DNA of 64,000 bases from Candidatus Multivorans sp. (GCA_965224025.1 OZ245033.1:352001-416000), one strand, 5' to 3'. Shown: positions 1 to 10,757, numbered from the stretch's first letter. Notes: generated by a model from the letters alone, not told the origin. A program made the numbers and translations.

Positions 1-1055
1 AGCGGCGGCCCGGCCGTTGACGCCTTGTCCTCGATCGAGTCGTCCGGGTAGTTCTGCGTGACTCCCGGCGACGCCTCGGTCTGGCCGTAGGAGATCGAGA
101 AGCTGACTCCGAGCGAGTCTTCGATGCGGCGCACCAGTTCCGGCGGCACGGAGGTGCCGCCCGAGCACACGCTGGTCAGCGACGAGAGGTCGCGGCGCTC
201 GAAGTCCGCGTGCTCGATGATCCGAAGCAACATCGTCGGCACGCCGGGAAGGAAGGTCACCCGCTCGCTCTCGATCAACTCCAGGATCAGACCCGGGTCG
301 AACTGTTCGACGAGCACCACCGTCGACTGCTCGAAGAGCGGACCGAAGATCGCCAGACCGCCGCCGCTCGAGTGGAAGAGCGGCACCGCGTTGACCCACA
401 CGTCGCCCATCCGGCCGCGCTCGGCGACGAACCGGGCGTTGTTCACCATGCCGCGGTGGTGCAGGACGACCCCCTTGGGAACTCCTGTCGTGCCCGAGGT
501 GTACTGGATCTGGACCGGCGCGTCGGGACTCACCTCCGGGAGTTCGCCCGCGACCGGATCGCCGTCGATGAAGTCGCCCCACTCATCGAAGAAGAAGGCG
601 TGCCTCAGGTGTTCGAGTTGCGGTCGAGCTTCATTGAGCGCGGCGGCCATCGAGTTGCCCCGATAGTCGCGCACCAGAAACAGACCCGCGGCCCGGGACT
701 GGCCGAGTACGTACCGGAGCTCGGCGCTCCGGTAGGCCGGGTTGACGGTGACCAGGGTCAGCCCGGCAAGGGCGGCGCCGAGTTCGACCAGCACCCATTC
801 CGGCAGATTCGGCGCCCAGACGGCGACGCGTTCTCCGGGCTCGAAGTACCGCAGGAGCCGCCCGGCCACGCGTTCGGCATCAGCGCGGAGCTGTTCGAAG
901 GTCCAGCGGCGGCGCGAAGCCGGATCGGCTACGCCTTCTACCAGGGCAGTCGCCTCGGGAGCCGCCGACGCGGCCTCCCGCAGCAGCCTGCCCACGGTCC
1001 ACTCGAGCACCGGCTGACTCGTATCGGCCGGCCAATAGGACTCGGTCAGAGGCAT
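1..1055 (-). CDS. AMP-binding acyl-CoA synthetase (3' end beyond window)
   Basis: Manual translation from ATG 1055: MPLTESYWPA..., QIQYTSGTTGVPKG AMP-binding motif, PLFH, YGQTEASP. Missing from the ORF track because it runs off the edge. Confidence 0.92.
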   Translation of the reverse strand, partial: MPLTESYWPADTSQPVLEWTVGRLLREAASAAPEATALVEGVADPASRRRWTFEQLRADAERVAGRLLRYFEPGERVAVWAPNLPEWVLVELGAALAGLTLVTVNPAYRSAELRYVLGQSRAAGLFLVRDYRGNSMAAALNEARPQLEHLRHAFFFDEWGDFIDGDPVAGELPEVSPDAPVQIQYTSGTTGVPKGVVLHHRGMVNNARFVAERGRMGDVWVNAVPLFHSSGGGLAIFGPLFEQSTVVLVEQFDPGLILELIESERVTFLPGVPTMLLRIIEHADFERRDLSSLTSVCSGGTSVPPELVRRIEDSLGVSFSISYGQTEASPGVTQNYPDDSIEDKASTAGPP

Positions 1056-1086
1056 CCGTACTGTGCCGATTCGCCTCGCGCTGCCG

Positions 1087-3796
1087 CTAGCGTCGCGGCG
1101 CGCCGGATGCGGGCAGGATGCCCGCGTTCCCAGGGTCGGAGGCACGGGTCGCGCCGGTCGGGTTCCCAGGATCGGAGTCACGGGTCGCTCCGCGCTGCAT
1201 GCTCCTGGCGCTCTCGCCGGTGTCGCGGCGGCCGACCCAGAAGGGGCTCGACCAGGCCTGGCCGCCGTCGAGCTGGGTCGCGCGCAGATAGTAGTAGTCG
1301 CCGGACGCCGGCTCCTCGAGGTCCACGAACTCGAACTCACGGTCCAGCGCGGCGCCGGCGTCGATCACCTGCAGACGGACGCGGTCGAGGTGGCGGCCGA
1401 CCGGCAACACCCGCTCGATGCGGCTCTCCTGGAGCTCGTCGAGTCCGAAGGCCACCACGGCGGCTGGGATGTCCACCGGCCGCCGCACCAGCGGCGGAGC
1501 GAAGCCATTCTCCCGCGCCGCGTCGAGGTGCAGGGTAACTCGCGTCGAGCTGCTGGCGCCGGCGAGGCGAAGCAACAGCGTGTTCATCCGGCCGCGGGTC
1601 TCGGTGTAGAAGCGCACCCGCTGCGGCTGGTCCGGATCGACCTCGGCCCACTCGAGGTAGGGGTTCTTGAAGCCAGGGGACTCGATGCCGAGAAGCCGCG
1701 CCCCCGTGACCTCGAGCACACCCGTCCACACCCTGTAGACGCGCGGATTGTCGCGGTCGGGGGCGAACACCTCCGAAGACGACTCGAAGCCGATCTGCAG
1801 CCACGCGCTCGATTCCAGCGGCGCCGACAGGTAGCCGCGGCTGCGCAGGACGCGTCCGTTCTTGATCAGGTCGATGCGGTCGATCGGCGACGTGCCGGAG
1901 ACGCGGCAGAAGAACGCCCGCCGCTCCGCGTGTGGCTGCCGCGTTCCCATCGGCTCGCCATTCAGGGTGGCGGAGAGCAGGATTCGCTGGCCCGAGGTCG
2001 CGTAGGCGCGCCGTGCACGCAACGCGTCGAAGACCGCGTCCGTCGTCTTCTCCGGCGCCACAGCCGCCGCCAGGCCGGGGCCCTGAACGTGAGGCGAAAA
2101 GAAGAGCCCCGGGTTGTAGCCGGGCTTGGCGCGGTGATCGTCCGAGGCCGAGATGAAGCCGATCTCGAAGCCGTTCTGCAGGTAGCGGTTGCCGAACCAC
2201 TCGAAGGTCCCATGCTGTGACGTGATCTCCACCAGCGTCTCGAGATCGCCCGCGCTCTGGTTCCAGTCGCCGGCCTGATGGGCGTGAGGAATGACCAGAA
2301 CCGCAGACGGATCGTTCTCGGCCCGCAGACGTTCGTACATCTCGGCCAGGGTCGGCGCCTCCTGGTTCGGCACCCGGGGACGGTCGCGGGAGCGGAAGAA
2401 GACGTTGTGGTGACCGCCCAGATCCCGCCTGGCGCTCCATTCGTAACCGAGGATGGCCAGGAACTCTCTCTCTTCGGTGAAGTCGCGGCTGAGTTCCTGG
2501 AGATGGCTCCACTCCAGGTCGTCCATCGACGAGTCGTGATCGGTCAGGGCGACGAAGTCGAGCCGCGCGTCGTCGCGCGCATAGCGATAGAACTGCTCGC
2601 CGCCGCCCTGGCCCTCGGCGAAGCCAGCGTGTCCGTGCAGCTCGCCCCAGTAGATCCGCTCTGCCGGCGCCGCCTCGACCCAGACCGGGTTGCTCTCGGC
2701 CTCGAGCCGGCCGTCCGCGGAACGCACGACGAACCGAGCGACTCCCGAATCGCTCACCGTCACCCCCTCGACCCGGGCAGCCGACTCCGAACCCGCCGGC
2801 ACCGTGGCGACCGTTTCGCCGTCGAGCAAAACGATGTACTCCTGGCCGGTGACGCCGCGCGAGCGGTTGAAGTAGCGGTCCTCGCTGCGCACGACCAGAC
2901 CGATCTCCTCGCCCGCCGCGACCACCGACGGGGCGAAGACCGCCAGGGACTCCACCTCGTCCAGGCTGACGACTTCGTGGTGCGGCCAATTCGGCGTGAA
3001 GTAGACACCGGCGCCTTCAAGATCGACGTAGACGGGCAGCACCAGGGCTTCAGTGGTCAGCGTCTGCAGCCTGAGTCCGCCCGACCCCTGCGACCGGTCG
3101 CCATAGGTGAAGGTGACGGTGTCGCCCTGCTCGAGATTGCCTTCGGCGAGCCGGAACACCACCATCGGCTCCTCGTCCTGGAAGCCGCCGTGCTTCCCCG
3201 ACAGCGGAGTGCGGTCCTTCTCCCAGCGCGCATCGGGGTTCGAGGAACGAAGCGATACGTAGTTGTCAGCGGCCGGATCCTCGTGTTGCATCGACTCCTG
3301 GTCCGACATGATCTGGGCGCCGAGCAGGAAGGAACCGCCGGTCGCCATGCTCATCGAACCGACGGTGTACGTCTGTTCGATTTCGGCCCGCTCGCCGGCG
3401 ATCAGCAACCCGCCGGTCCTGGCCGTCACGTCGCCGATGGCGTCCGGGCGCTCGTCCCGAATCGCCAGTTCACCGATCTTGTCGTCGAGAGTTCCGAGGA
3501 TCCGTTCGGAGATGCCGCGGCCAAGTTCATGCTGGCTGACGACCCGCATGACCGTCGTCGTGCTGTCCATGGGCAGCGTTCGACCCGTGACCGCATAGGC
3601 GTTCAGCCACTCCCAGAACACGCCGGCGCGCTCGGTCGCGTTGTCCTGAGTCGACGGCCCCGCCTCGACCTCCTGCTTGAGCGTCTCCACGCGGGACCGC
3701 AGGTCCGCCTCGAGGTAATCGTCACCGGGCGCCGGCGCACAGCCGACAACAACGGCGAGCGCGGGCAGGGCCCTCCTGAGTGGAACGCTCAACACT
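1087..3796 (-). CDS. DUF3604 / PHP-like metallohydrolase, probable lipoprotein
   Basis: YWGELHGH, LTDHD, GYEWS, GGHHNV, IPHAH, SDDH and WSSPFWV motifs; lipobox-like VVVGC. Start approximate (ORF open to 3918). Confidence 0.82.
1100..1133 (-). repeat. REP-like hairpin (TGGGAACGCGGGC-loop-GCCCGC type)
   Basis: GCGGGCAGGATGCCCGC palindrome followed by GTTCCCAG; reverse complement of 1100-1132 matches 12461-12493 at 30/33. Confidence 0.75.
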
Positions 3797-3929
3797 CGAA
3801 TCCGACGCTCCTTCGAGCCTGAATGGCCGCAATCAAGGTAGCACGGCCGGCCGACCACGCCCGCGACGGCCCCGGTCCGGGCCGGTAGTATGTGCCGTTC
3901 CAACACGAAACAGGACAACCGGAGGGGCC

Positions 3930-4778
3930 ATGGGACTGCTGGACGGCAAGGTGGCCATCGTTACCGGCGCGGGCAACGGCCTGGGCAGATCGCACGCCCT
4001 GCTCCTCGCCGCCGAGGGCGCACGGGTACTGGTCAACGACCCGGGCTGTGCGCGGGACGGTTCTGGCGAAAGCGACGTTGCGGACGAGGTCGTCGACCTG
4101 ATCCGCGCCGAAGGCGGAGATGCCGCCGCAAGCAAGGTCGCGGTCGGACCGTTCGAAGCCGCCGCGGAGCTCGTCCAGCAGGCGGTGGACACCTTCGGCG
4201 GAGTCGACGTCCTGGTCAACAACGCCGGCATCCTGCGCGATCGCACGGCCCTCAAGATGAGTGAAAAGGAGTGGGACTCCGTTCTCACCGTGCATCTGAG
4301 CGGCACCTTCTCCTGCCTGCAGGCCGCCGCCCGCGTGATGCGCGAGCAGGGCCGGGGTGGCCGGATCATCAACACCACGTCCGTTGCCGGCATGCAGGGC
4401 AACTTCGGCCAGAGCAACTACTCCGCCGCCAAGGCCGGCATCTACGCGGTGACGCGCACCGCCGCCATGGAACTCCAGCGCTACAAGATCACCGTCAACA
4501 CGATCTCGCCCACCGCCTACACGCGGATGACCGCGGACAATCCCGGCGTCACCGAGAGCTTCGGGGACCGCTATGGACCCCAACACGCCTCGCCCCTGGT
4601 CGTGTTTCTGGCCTCGGACCACGCCGCTCACATCACCGGTCAGACGCTGGGAGTCGAAGGCACGCACATCTTCGCCTACCGCATGATGAGCACCGTGGGC
4701 GTCAAGCAGTACGTGGGCGACGACCCCTGGAAGCCGGCCGCGATCCGGCACGTGATCGACCAGGTGATCGGCCACTGA
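3930..4778 (+). CDS. SDR oxidoreductase (3-hydroxyacyl-CoA dehydrogenase / MFE-2-like)
   Basis: GGAGG RBS; TGAGNGLG, NNAGILRD, GNFGQSNYSAAK. Confidence 0.92.
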   Translation: MGLLDGKVAIVTGAGNGLGRSHALLLAAEGARVLVNDPGCARDGSGESDVADEVVDLIRAEGGDAAASKVAVGPFEAAAELVQQAVDTFGGVDVLVNNAGILRDRTALKMSEKEWDSVLTVHLSGTFSCLQAAARVMREQGRGGRIINTTSVAGMQGNFGQSNYSAAKAGIYAVTRTAAMELQRYKITVNTISPTAYTRMTADNPGVTESFGDRYGPQHASPLVVFLASDHAAHITGQTLGVEGTHIFAYRMMSTVGVKQYVGDDPWKPAAIRHVIDQVIGH

Positions 4779-7393
4779 TGCCGCTCCCCAGCCGTGCCGC
4801 GGCCGGAGTGGTCGCGTCGCTGGCGGTGCTGTGGATCGGCTGCGGCCTCGGGTCCGAGTCGGTCCCGCGCGACAGGGATCTGCGCCACCGGGTCGAGAAG
4901 CTGATCGCGGACGTCGAGCGGAAGCCCACCTCGGCGGCCACCGTCTTTCGCCGGACCGACACGCTGTGGGACTGGGGCAACCGCTTCGCCATGGACGGCG
5001 GCGTTCTGCCGGCCGACCTGCCTCTGGCGGTGGCTCTGATTCGCTTCGCCGAGGCGGACGGCGGTGAAGTCGACCTGCCGCCGGCCATCGACCTGTACCT
5101 CGAGACGCACCTGGAGCGCTTCGACCAGTACGTGCGCGAACTCGCGTTGAAGGAGTCCGAGCCCCACGCTGTCGGCGAGCTGCGCATGTCGACGCCCGGC
5201 CCCCTGATCGCCGGCGCCACGGCCACCGTCGAGCAGACATACATCGTCGGGTCCCGCGGTCTCGCACCGGGCGGTGGATTCCTGGTCGGCAAGTCGGGAA
5301 CCGGCAACGAGACGCGACCCCAGAACCTGAATCCGGCCGGGGACAACTTCGTGTCGCTGCGCAGTTCCAACCCGGCGGCGACCTTCGAGCCCCTCCAGGT
5401 CGAATGGAACGGGGTCCATTCGCACGTCCCGGGCAAGCGACCGCTGCCCGGTTTTCGGCTTGAAGGAGCCGCGCTCGAGTCTGGCGAAACGGTCACGTTC
5501 ATCTACGGCGGCGAATCGAGCCGTCTCACGGTGCCGGCATTCAGCAACGACGAGTTGGTGCTTCCGGTCTACGTGGACATCGACGGCAGCGGGACCTACC
5601 TGACTCCCGCGCTGCCCGGAATCGAGGTCGTCGGCGAGCCGGAAGTCCACGCGGTTCGGCTCCTGGCGCCCTCGGTCGTTGCCGCGGGCGAGCCCTTCGA
5701 GATCACGGTGCGCAGCGAGGACCGGGCGATCAACCGGTCCAGCGGCGCGATTCCCGCCTACGAGGTCCTCCTGGAAGGCGACGCGATCGCCAGGATCGAG
5801 GCCGCGCACGGCGCCCTGTCGGTGGTGCAGGGACTGACGATCGAGACGCCCGGCGTCCATCGCCTCGAGGTGCGCTCAGTCGACGGCAACCTGAATGCCA
5901 CCAGCAACCCGATCCGCGTCGAGCTCGAGCCGGAGGTACGCATCTACTGGGGCGACACGCACGGCCACACCGGACTGGCCGAGGGCACCGGCTCGGCGCG
6001 GGCCTTCTTCGAGTACGCCAGCCGGGACGCCCGCCTCGACTTCGCCACGCTCTCGGAGCACGACATCTGGATGGACGACGGTGAGTGGCTCGACCTCCAG
6101 GAGTTGACCCGCGACTTCAGCGAAGACGGCCGCTTTGTCGGCATCCCGGGCTATGAATGGACGGCGTTCCGCAACCGCGGCGGGCACCACAACGTCTTCT
6201 TTCGGGATCCAGGAAGCCGTCGAGTTCCGGTTCAGGAAGCGACGCGGCTGCCCGATCTCTACCGGCAACTGCACGCCATCTACGAGCCCGACGAGGTCCT
6301 CGTCATTCCGCACGCCCACCGCGCCGCCGACTGGACTCGGAGCGATCCCGAACTGGAGAAGCTGGTCGAGCTGTACTCCGTTCACGGCAGTTTCGAGTGG
6401 TTCGCCAACCGTTACCTGCAGAGCGGCTTCGAACTCGGCTTCGTCGCCGCCTCGGATGACCACCACGCCAAGCCGGGACTCGCGCCGGGCCCCGTCTCGA
6501 GCGTTTCCCAGCCCGGCGGCCTGGCCGCTGTCCTGGCGCCGGAGCTCAGCCGAGACGCCCTCTTCTCGGCGCTGCGCAATCTCTCGTCCTACGCCACCTC
6601 GGGACAGCGCATGCTCCTCGAAGCGACCGTCAACGGAGCCGGAATGGGCACTCGGCAGGAGAGCGCGGAGCGGCGTGAGATCCGGGTCAACGTGAGCGGC
6701 ACGGCCCCGATCGACAGCATCGACGTGGTGCGCAACGGCGAGATCATTCTCAGCAGACGGTACGTGGCCGCACCGCTTGGCGCGCGCAGTTGGCTGCAGG
6801 TGTCCTTCGAGTCATCCTCCCAGGTATTCGGCCAGCAAGTCGACAACCCACGCGGCTACAGGCTCTGGGAGGGAACCCTCGAGGTGCGGGGAGCCCGGGT
6901 CCCGCAGGTGGTTCCGGCCGGCCTCGACAACCCCCTTCGCGACCAGGTCTCACGGCTCGATCCGGGCGCCGGTCACGGCGCCAGGTTCCGCATCCTGACT
7001 CGGGGCCGCGCCGACTCCTTCCTGGTCGAACTCGATGGCGCGGGCCCCCATACGCTGCTGAGTTTCCATCTGAACGAGAGCGCCGAGTCCGGTTTCGCGC
7101 CGGGAATCCGGCCCGCCGCCCGGATTCCCGCCGCCGACTTCGCCATCCGGCTGGGCGAACTCGAAGCTGGCCGCCTCGACCATGAGCTGCCGGTCGGGCC
7201 CCATCCGGATCGCCTGAGTCTGCAGGTGATCGATCCCGCCGCCGCCCTCGATCGGGAGTTCCAGTTCGTCGACCTCGACGGCGTCCGAGACGGCGACTAC
7301 TACTATGTCCGCGTGACCCAACTCGACGGCGGCCGTGCCTGGTCGAGCCCGTTCTGGGTCGGAAGTCGACCCGCCGGCAACGGAGGACAGTAA
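4778..7393 (+). CDS. DUF3604 / PHP-like metallohydrolase, paralogue of 1087-3796
   Basis: TGATG overlap with the SDR; YWGDTHGH, SEHD, GGHHNVFFR, SDDH, WSSPFWV; lipobox-like LWIGC. Confidence 0.85.
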   Translation: MPLPSRAAAGVVASLAVLWIGCGLGSESVPRDRDLRHRVEKLIADVERKPTSAATVFRRTDTLWDWGNRFAMDGGVLPADLPLAVALIRFAEADGGEVDLPPAIDLYLETHLERFDQYVRELALKESEPHAVGELRMSTPGPLIAGATATVEQTYIVGSRGLAPGGGFLVGKSGTGNETRPQNLNPAGDNFVSLRSSNPAATFEPLQVEWNGVHSHVPGKRPLPGFRLEGAALESGETVTFIYGGESSRLTVPAFSNDELVLPVYVDIDGSGTYLTPALPGIEVVGEPEVHAVRLLAPSVVAAGEPFEITVRSEDRAINRSSGAIPAYEVLLEGDAIARIEAAHGALSVVQGLTIETPGVHRLEVRSVDGNLNATSNPIRVELEPEVRIYWGDTHGHTGLAEGTGSARAFFEYASRDARLDFATLSEHDIWMDDGEWLDLQELTRDFSEDGRFVGIPGYEWTAFRNRGGHHNVFFRDPGSRRVPVQEATRLPDLYRQLHAIYEPDEVLVIPHAHRAADWTRSDPELEKLVELYSVHGSFEWFANRYLQSGFELGFVAASDDHHAKPGLAPGPVSSVSQPGGLAAVLAPELSRDALFSALRNLSSYATSGQRMLLEATVNGAGMGTRQESAERREIRVNVSGTAPIDSIDVVRNGEIILSRRYVAAPLGARSWLQVSFESSSQVFGQQVDNPRGYRLWEGTLEVRGARVPQVVPAGLDNPLRDQVSRLDPGAGHGARFRILTRGRADSFLVELDGAGPHTLLSFHLNESAESGFAPGIRPAARIPAADFAIRLGELEAGRLDHELPVGPHPDRLSLQVIDPAAALDREFQFVDLDGVRDGDYYYVRVTQLDGGRAWSSPFWVGSRPAGNGGQ

Positions 7394-7397
7394 GAAC

Positions 7398-8780
7398 TTG
7401 GCTGGAATCGTCACCTACGGCTCCTACGTGCCGTACAACCGGCTGGACCGCTCCGCGCTCGGCGGCCGCGGCGAACGGGCCGCGGCGAGCTACGACGAGA
7501 ACTCGGTGTCGATGGCCGTCGAAGCGGCGCGCGAAGCTCTGCGCGGCGACGCCCGAATCGACACGCTGTGCTTCGCGACGACCACCCCGGGCTACGCCGA
7601 GAAGCTCGACGCGGCCACGATCCACGCGGCGCTCGATATACCGGCCAACGTCGGAAGCCACGACCTCGGCGGGTCGGGTCGGGCAGGCCTCTCTTCCCTG
7701 GCGCTGGGAAACGACCTGGCGCTGGCCGGACGCCGGCCCCTCGTGTGCCTGAGCGAAGTGATGGTCGGCGCCCCCGGCGGCGCGCGCGAAGCGACTGCCG
7801 GCGACGGGGCCGCGGCCTTCACCTTCGGTCCCAGCTCCGAAGCTTGCGCCGAAGTCCTGGGCCGCGGCTCGACGACCGACGAGTTCATGGACGTCTGGCG
7901 TGCGCCGAACGAGCCCTTCGCCAATCAATGGGAAGAGCGTTTCGGGACCCGGATCATCGTTCCGCTCATGCTCGGCGCGCTTGAAGAGGCCCTCACTGGC
8001 GCCGGCGTCACCGCCGAGAGCCTGACCAGGGTCATCGTGGACAGCACGAACCCGCGCGCGGTTCGGAGCTTCGCCGCCCGAGCCGCTATTCCCGCCGACC
8101 GCTTCGCCGACGATCTTGCGGCCTCCGTCGGGCGAACCGGCACGGCGCACGCGGGCCTCGCCCTGGCGAACGCTCTCGACCAGGCCGCTCCCGGCGACCG
8201 GATCGCGGTCATCACCGGCATCGACGGCGCCGACGCGGTCATCTTCGAGGTGACCGACGCGATCGCGGCCAACCGCCCCGAGCGCAGCGTCGAACGCTGG
8301 GTCGAAGCCAAGCGCAATGATCTGGAATACAACACCTACCTCAAGTGGCGCGGCGTGCTCCCCTTCGAGAAGCCCCGGCGGCCGGACCCCAAGCGCCCGG
8401 CCGCGCCGCCCTCGTATCGGGCCGAGCGCTGGAAGTTCGCCTTCGTCGGATCGCGCTGCACGAACTGCGGCACGGCGAACCTGCCACCCCAGAGAGTGTG
8501 CGTCGAATGCGACTCGATCGACGAGACCGAGCCCGAGTCCTTCGCCGACAGCGCGGCACGGGTCGCCACCTACACACAGGACAATCTCGCCTACTCCCTG
8601 CAGCCGCCGGTGGTCGTCGCCATGCTCGACTTCGATCGAGGCGGCAGGCTACCCTGCCAACTCACTGACATCGACCCGCACAACGTACGGATCGGAGACC
8701 GGGTCGAGATGACGTTTCGCTGCCTGCACACCGCCGAGGGCATCCACAACTACTTCTGGAAAGCGAGACCGCGGCGGTGA
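7398..8780 (+). CDS. HMG-CoA-synthase-like domain fused to DUF35 Zn-ribbon/OB-fold
   Basis: TTG start; GIVTYGSYVP, DENSVSMAVEA, GDGAAA; C-terminal CTNC...CVEC and GDRVEMTFR...YFWKARP. Confidence 0.85.
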   Translation: MAGIVTYGSYVPYNRLDRSALGGRGERAAASYDENSVSMAVEAAREALRGDARIDTLCFATTTPGYAEKLDAATIHAALDIPANVGSHDLGGSGRAGLSSLALGNDLALAGRRPLVCLSEVMVGAPGGAREATAGDGAAAFTFGPSSEACAEVLGRGSTTDEFMDVWRAPNEPFANQWEERFGTRIIVPLMLGALEEALTGAGVTAESLTRVIVDSTNPRAVRSFAARAAIPADRFADDLAASVGRTGTAHAGLALANALDQAAPGDRIAVITGIDGADAVIFEVTDAIAANRPERSVERWVEAKRNDLEYNTYLKWRGVLPFEKPRRPDPKRPAAPPSYRAERWKFAFVGSRCTNCGTANLPPQRVCVECDSIDETEPESFADSAARVATYTQDNLAYSLQPPVVVAMLDFDRGGRLPCQLTDIDPHNVRIGDRVEMTFRCLHTAEGIHNYFWKARPRR

Positions 8781-8819
8781 AACCAGAAGGCCGGTCTCAG
8801 TGAAGAGAGGAAGGAACTC

Positions 8820-10001
8820 ATGCCTAGTCATGGAATCAAGGATCGGGTCGCCATCATTGGCATGGGATGCACCTCCTTCGGAGAGCATTGGGATCAGAGC
8901 ATCGGCGATCTTTCGCTGACAGCGTCGCAGGAAGCGGTCCGCTCGGCGGGGCTCGATCTCGCCGAGATCGACGCCTTCTGGCTCGGCAACGCCGGCACGC
9001 TCGCCTCCGGACTGCTCATCGCCGAGCCGCTCAAGATCCGCTACAAGCCTGTCACCCACGTCGAGAACTTCTGCGCCACCGGCAGCGAAGCGCTGCGCAA
9101 CGCCGCCTACGCGGTCGCCAGCGGCGCCTACGACATCGTCATGGCCCTCGGCGTCGAGAAGCTGAAGGACTCGGGTTACTCAGGACTGTTCGACCTGAAT
9201 CCGACGACCGACGGCACGGAACTCGAGATGACGCCGCCGGCGGCGTTCTCCATGATCGTGCCCGCCTACGCGGAGAAGTACGGCGTCGGCGAAGACACGC
9301 TGAAGGACGTGATGTCCCGAATCGCGCACAAGAATCACGCCAACGGGGCCAAGAACCCCAAGGCCCAGTTCCAGCGTGAGGTGCCGCTGGAGCGGATCAA
9401 ATCCGCTCCCCCCATCGCCGGCAAGCTCGGACTCTTCGACTGCTCGGGAGTGAGCGACGGCGCCGCTGCCGCGATCCTGTGCAGAGCGGAGGACGCCCAC
9501 CGCTACTGCGACGATCCGGTCATCCTCAAGGGAGTCGGATTCGTCGTCGGGCCGGCGGAAGGGGTCAAGAAACCGGACTACGACTTCACCACCTTCCCCG
9601 AAGTCGTGGCGAGCGCCGAGGACGCCTACCGGCAGGCCGGCATCACGGACCCGCGCGAAGAGATCAGCGTAGCGGAGGTGCATGACTGCTTTACACCGAC
9701 CGAGCTGGTGCTGATGGAGGATCTTGGATTCTCCGAACGCGGAAAGGCCTGGCAGGACTGCCTGGACGGCCGCTTCCAGCTCGACGGCCGCCAGCCGGTC
9801 AACCCCGACGGCGGCCTCAAGAGCTTCGGCCATCCCATCGGCGCCAGCGGTCTGCGCATGATGTACGAGATCTGGCTGCAGCTACGCGGTGAGGCAGGTG
9901 TGCGCCAGATCGCCGATGCCCGGATTGGACTGACCCACAACCTCGGCGGCCTCCCCGGCAACTGCGTGAGCTGCGTCTCCGTGGTCGGAAAGGCGGCGTG
10001 A
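8820..10001 (+). CDS. SCP2-type thiolase / acetyl-CoA acyltransferase
   Basis: VENFCATGSEA, SDGAAA, EVHDCF, GHPIGASG, HNLGG. Confidence 0.92.
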   Translation: MPSHGIKDRVAIIGMGCTSFGEHWDQSIGDLSLTASQEAVRSAGLDLAEIDAFWLGNAGTLASGLLIAEPLKIRYKPVTHVENFCATGSEALRNAAYAVASGAYDIVMALGVEKLKDSGYSGLFDLNPTTDGTELEMTPPAAFSMIVPAYAEKYGVGEDTLKDVMSRIAHKNHANGAKNPKAQFQREVPLERIKSAPPIAGKLGLFDCSGVSDGAAAAILCRAEDAHRYCDDPVILKGVGFVVGPAEGVKKPDYDFTTFPEVVASAEDAYRQAGITDPREEISVAEVHDCFTPTELVLMEDLGFSERGKAWQDCLDGRFQLDGRQPVNPDGGLKSFGHPIGASGLRMMYEIWLQLRGEAGVRQIADARIGLTHNLGGLPGNCVSCVSVVGKAA

Positions 10002-10073
10002 AGCGATCGGCGTCCACTGTGCTGGAGCCTGCACTGCTATAGTGGATTCACGATATCTTGAGGAGGATCCGTC

Positions 10074-10757
10074 ATGAACCGCTGGATCAAGATCGCCGCT
10101 TGCGGTGTCGTCGTCGCCGGTGTCCTGGGATGGGGCGGTTTCAAGACCTACCGCTTCCTGCTGGAGAGCGGGCTCATCCGGTTCAACGAGTACGACATTC
10201 GGACCGAGGGCATCCTTCAGGTCGGCGAGCCTGCTCCGGACCTGCCGTTGACTCTGGTCGGCGGCGGCGACGCGCGTCTCTCGGACCTGTGGGCCACCAA
10301 GCCTCTGGTCCTGGTCTTCGGCAGCTACACGTGACCGCCCTTCCGAGCCCGTGTGGCTCGGCTCGAGGAGATGAGGGAAGAGTGGAGTCCGGCCATCGAA
10401 TTCAGCTACGTCTACATCAAGGAGGCCCACCCGGAGGACGAGTGGCAGGCGCCCAGGAACGAAGCGACGAACCTGATCTTCAATCAGCCAAAGACGATGG
10501 TTGACCGCATGGATCTCGCCAGAGAGTTCGTCGAAGCGATGGATGTCAAGACACGGACCCTGGTGGACGACATCGCCAACACGGCCAACGCCTGCTATGC
10601 CGGCTGGCCCGAGCGCATCTACGTGATCGACAAGGGCGGCACGATCGCCTACAAGGGCGGCATGGGGCCCTTCAACTTCGATACGGACGAGCTCGAGGAG
10701 TTCCTCGCGGACAACTACGTCGGGCTGCGCACCGCGAGCGAAGCCACAGCCGGCTAG
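10074..10757 (+). CDS. Selenoprotein, iodothyronine-deiodinase-like thioredoxin fold (Sec at TGA 10332-10334)
   Basis: ORFs 10074-10334 and 10353-10757 are in one frame. Read-through gives PLVLVFGSYT-U-PPF, YIKEAHPED and YAGWPERIYVI; N-terminal TM segment. Confidence 0.9.
10343..10361 (+). promoter_or_regulatory. Candidate bacterial SECIS hairpin
   Basis: CCGAGCC-CGTGT-GGCTCGG, a perfect 7-bp stem with G-containing loop, starting 8 nt after the in-frame TGA. Confidence 0.7.

Noticed and set aside
10074-10334. Stand-alone 86-aa protein or nonsense pseudogene
   Set aside because: The TGA sits at the deiodinase catalytic position with a downstream hairpin, so Sec is the better explanation.
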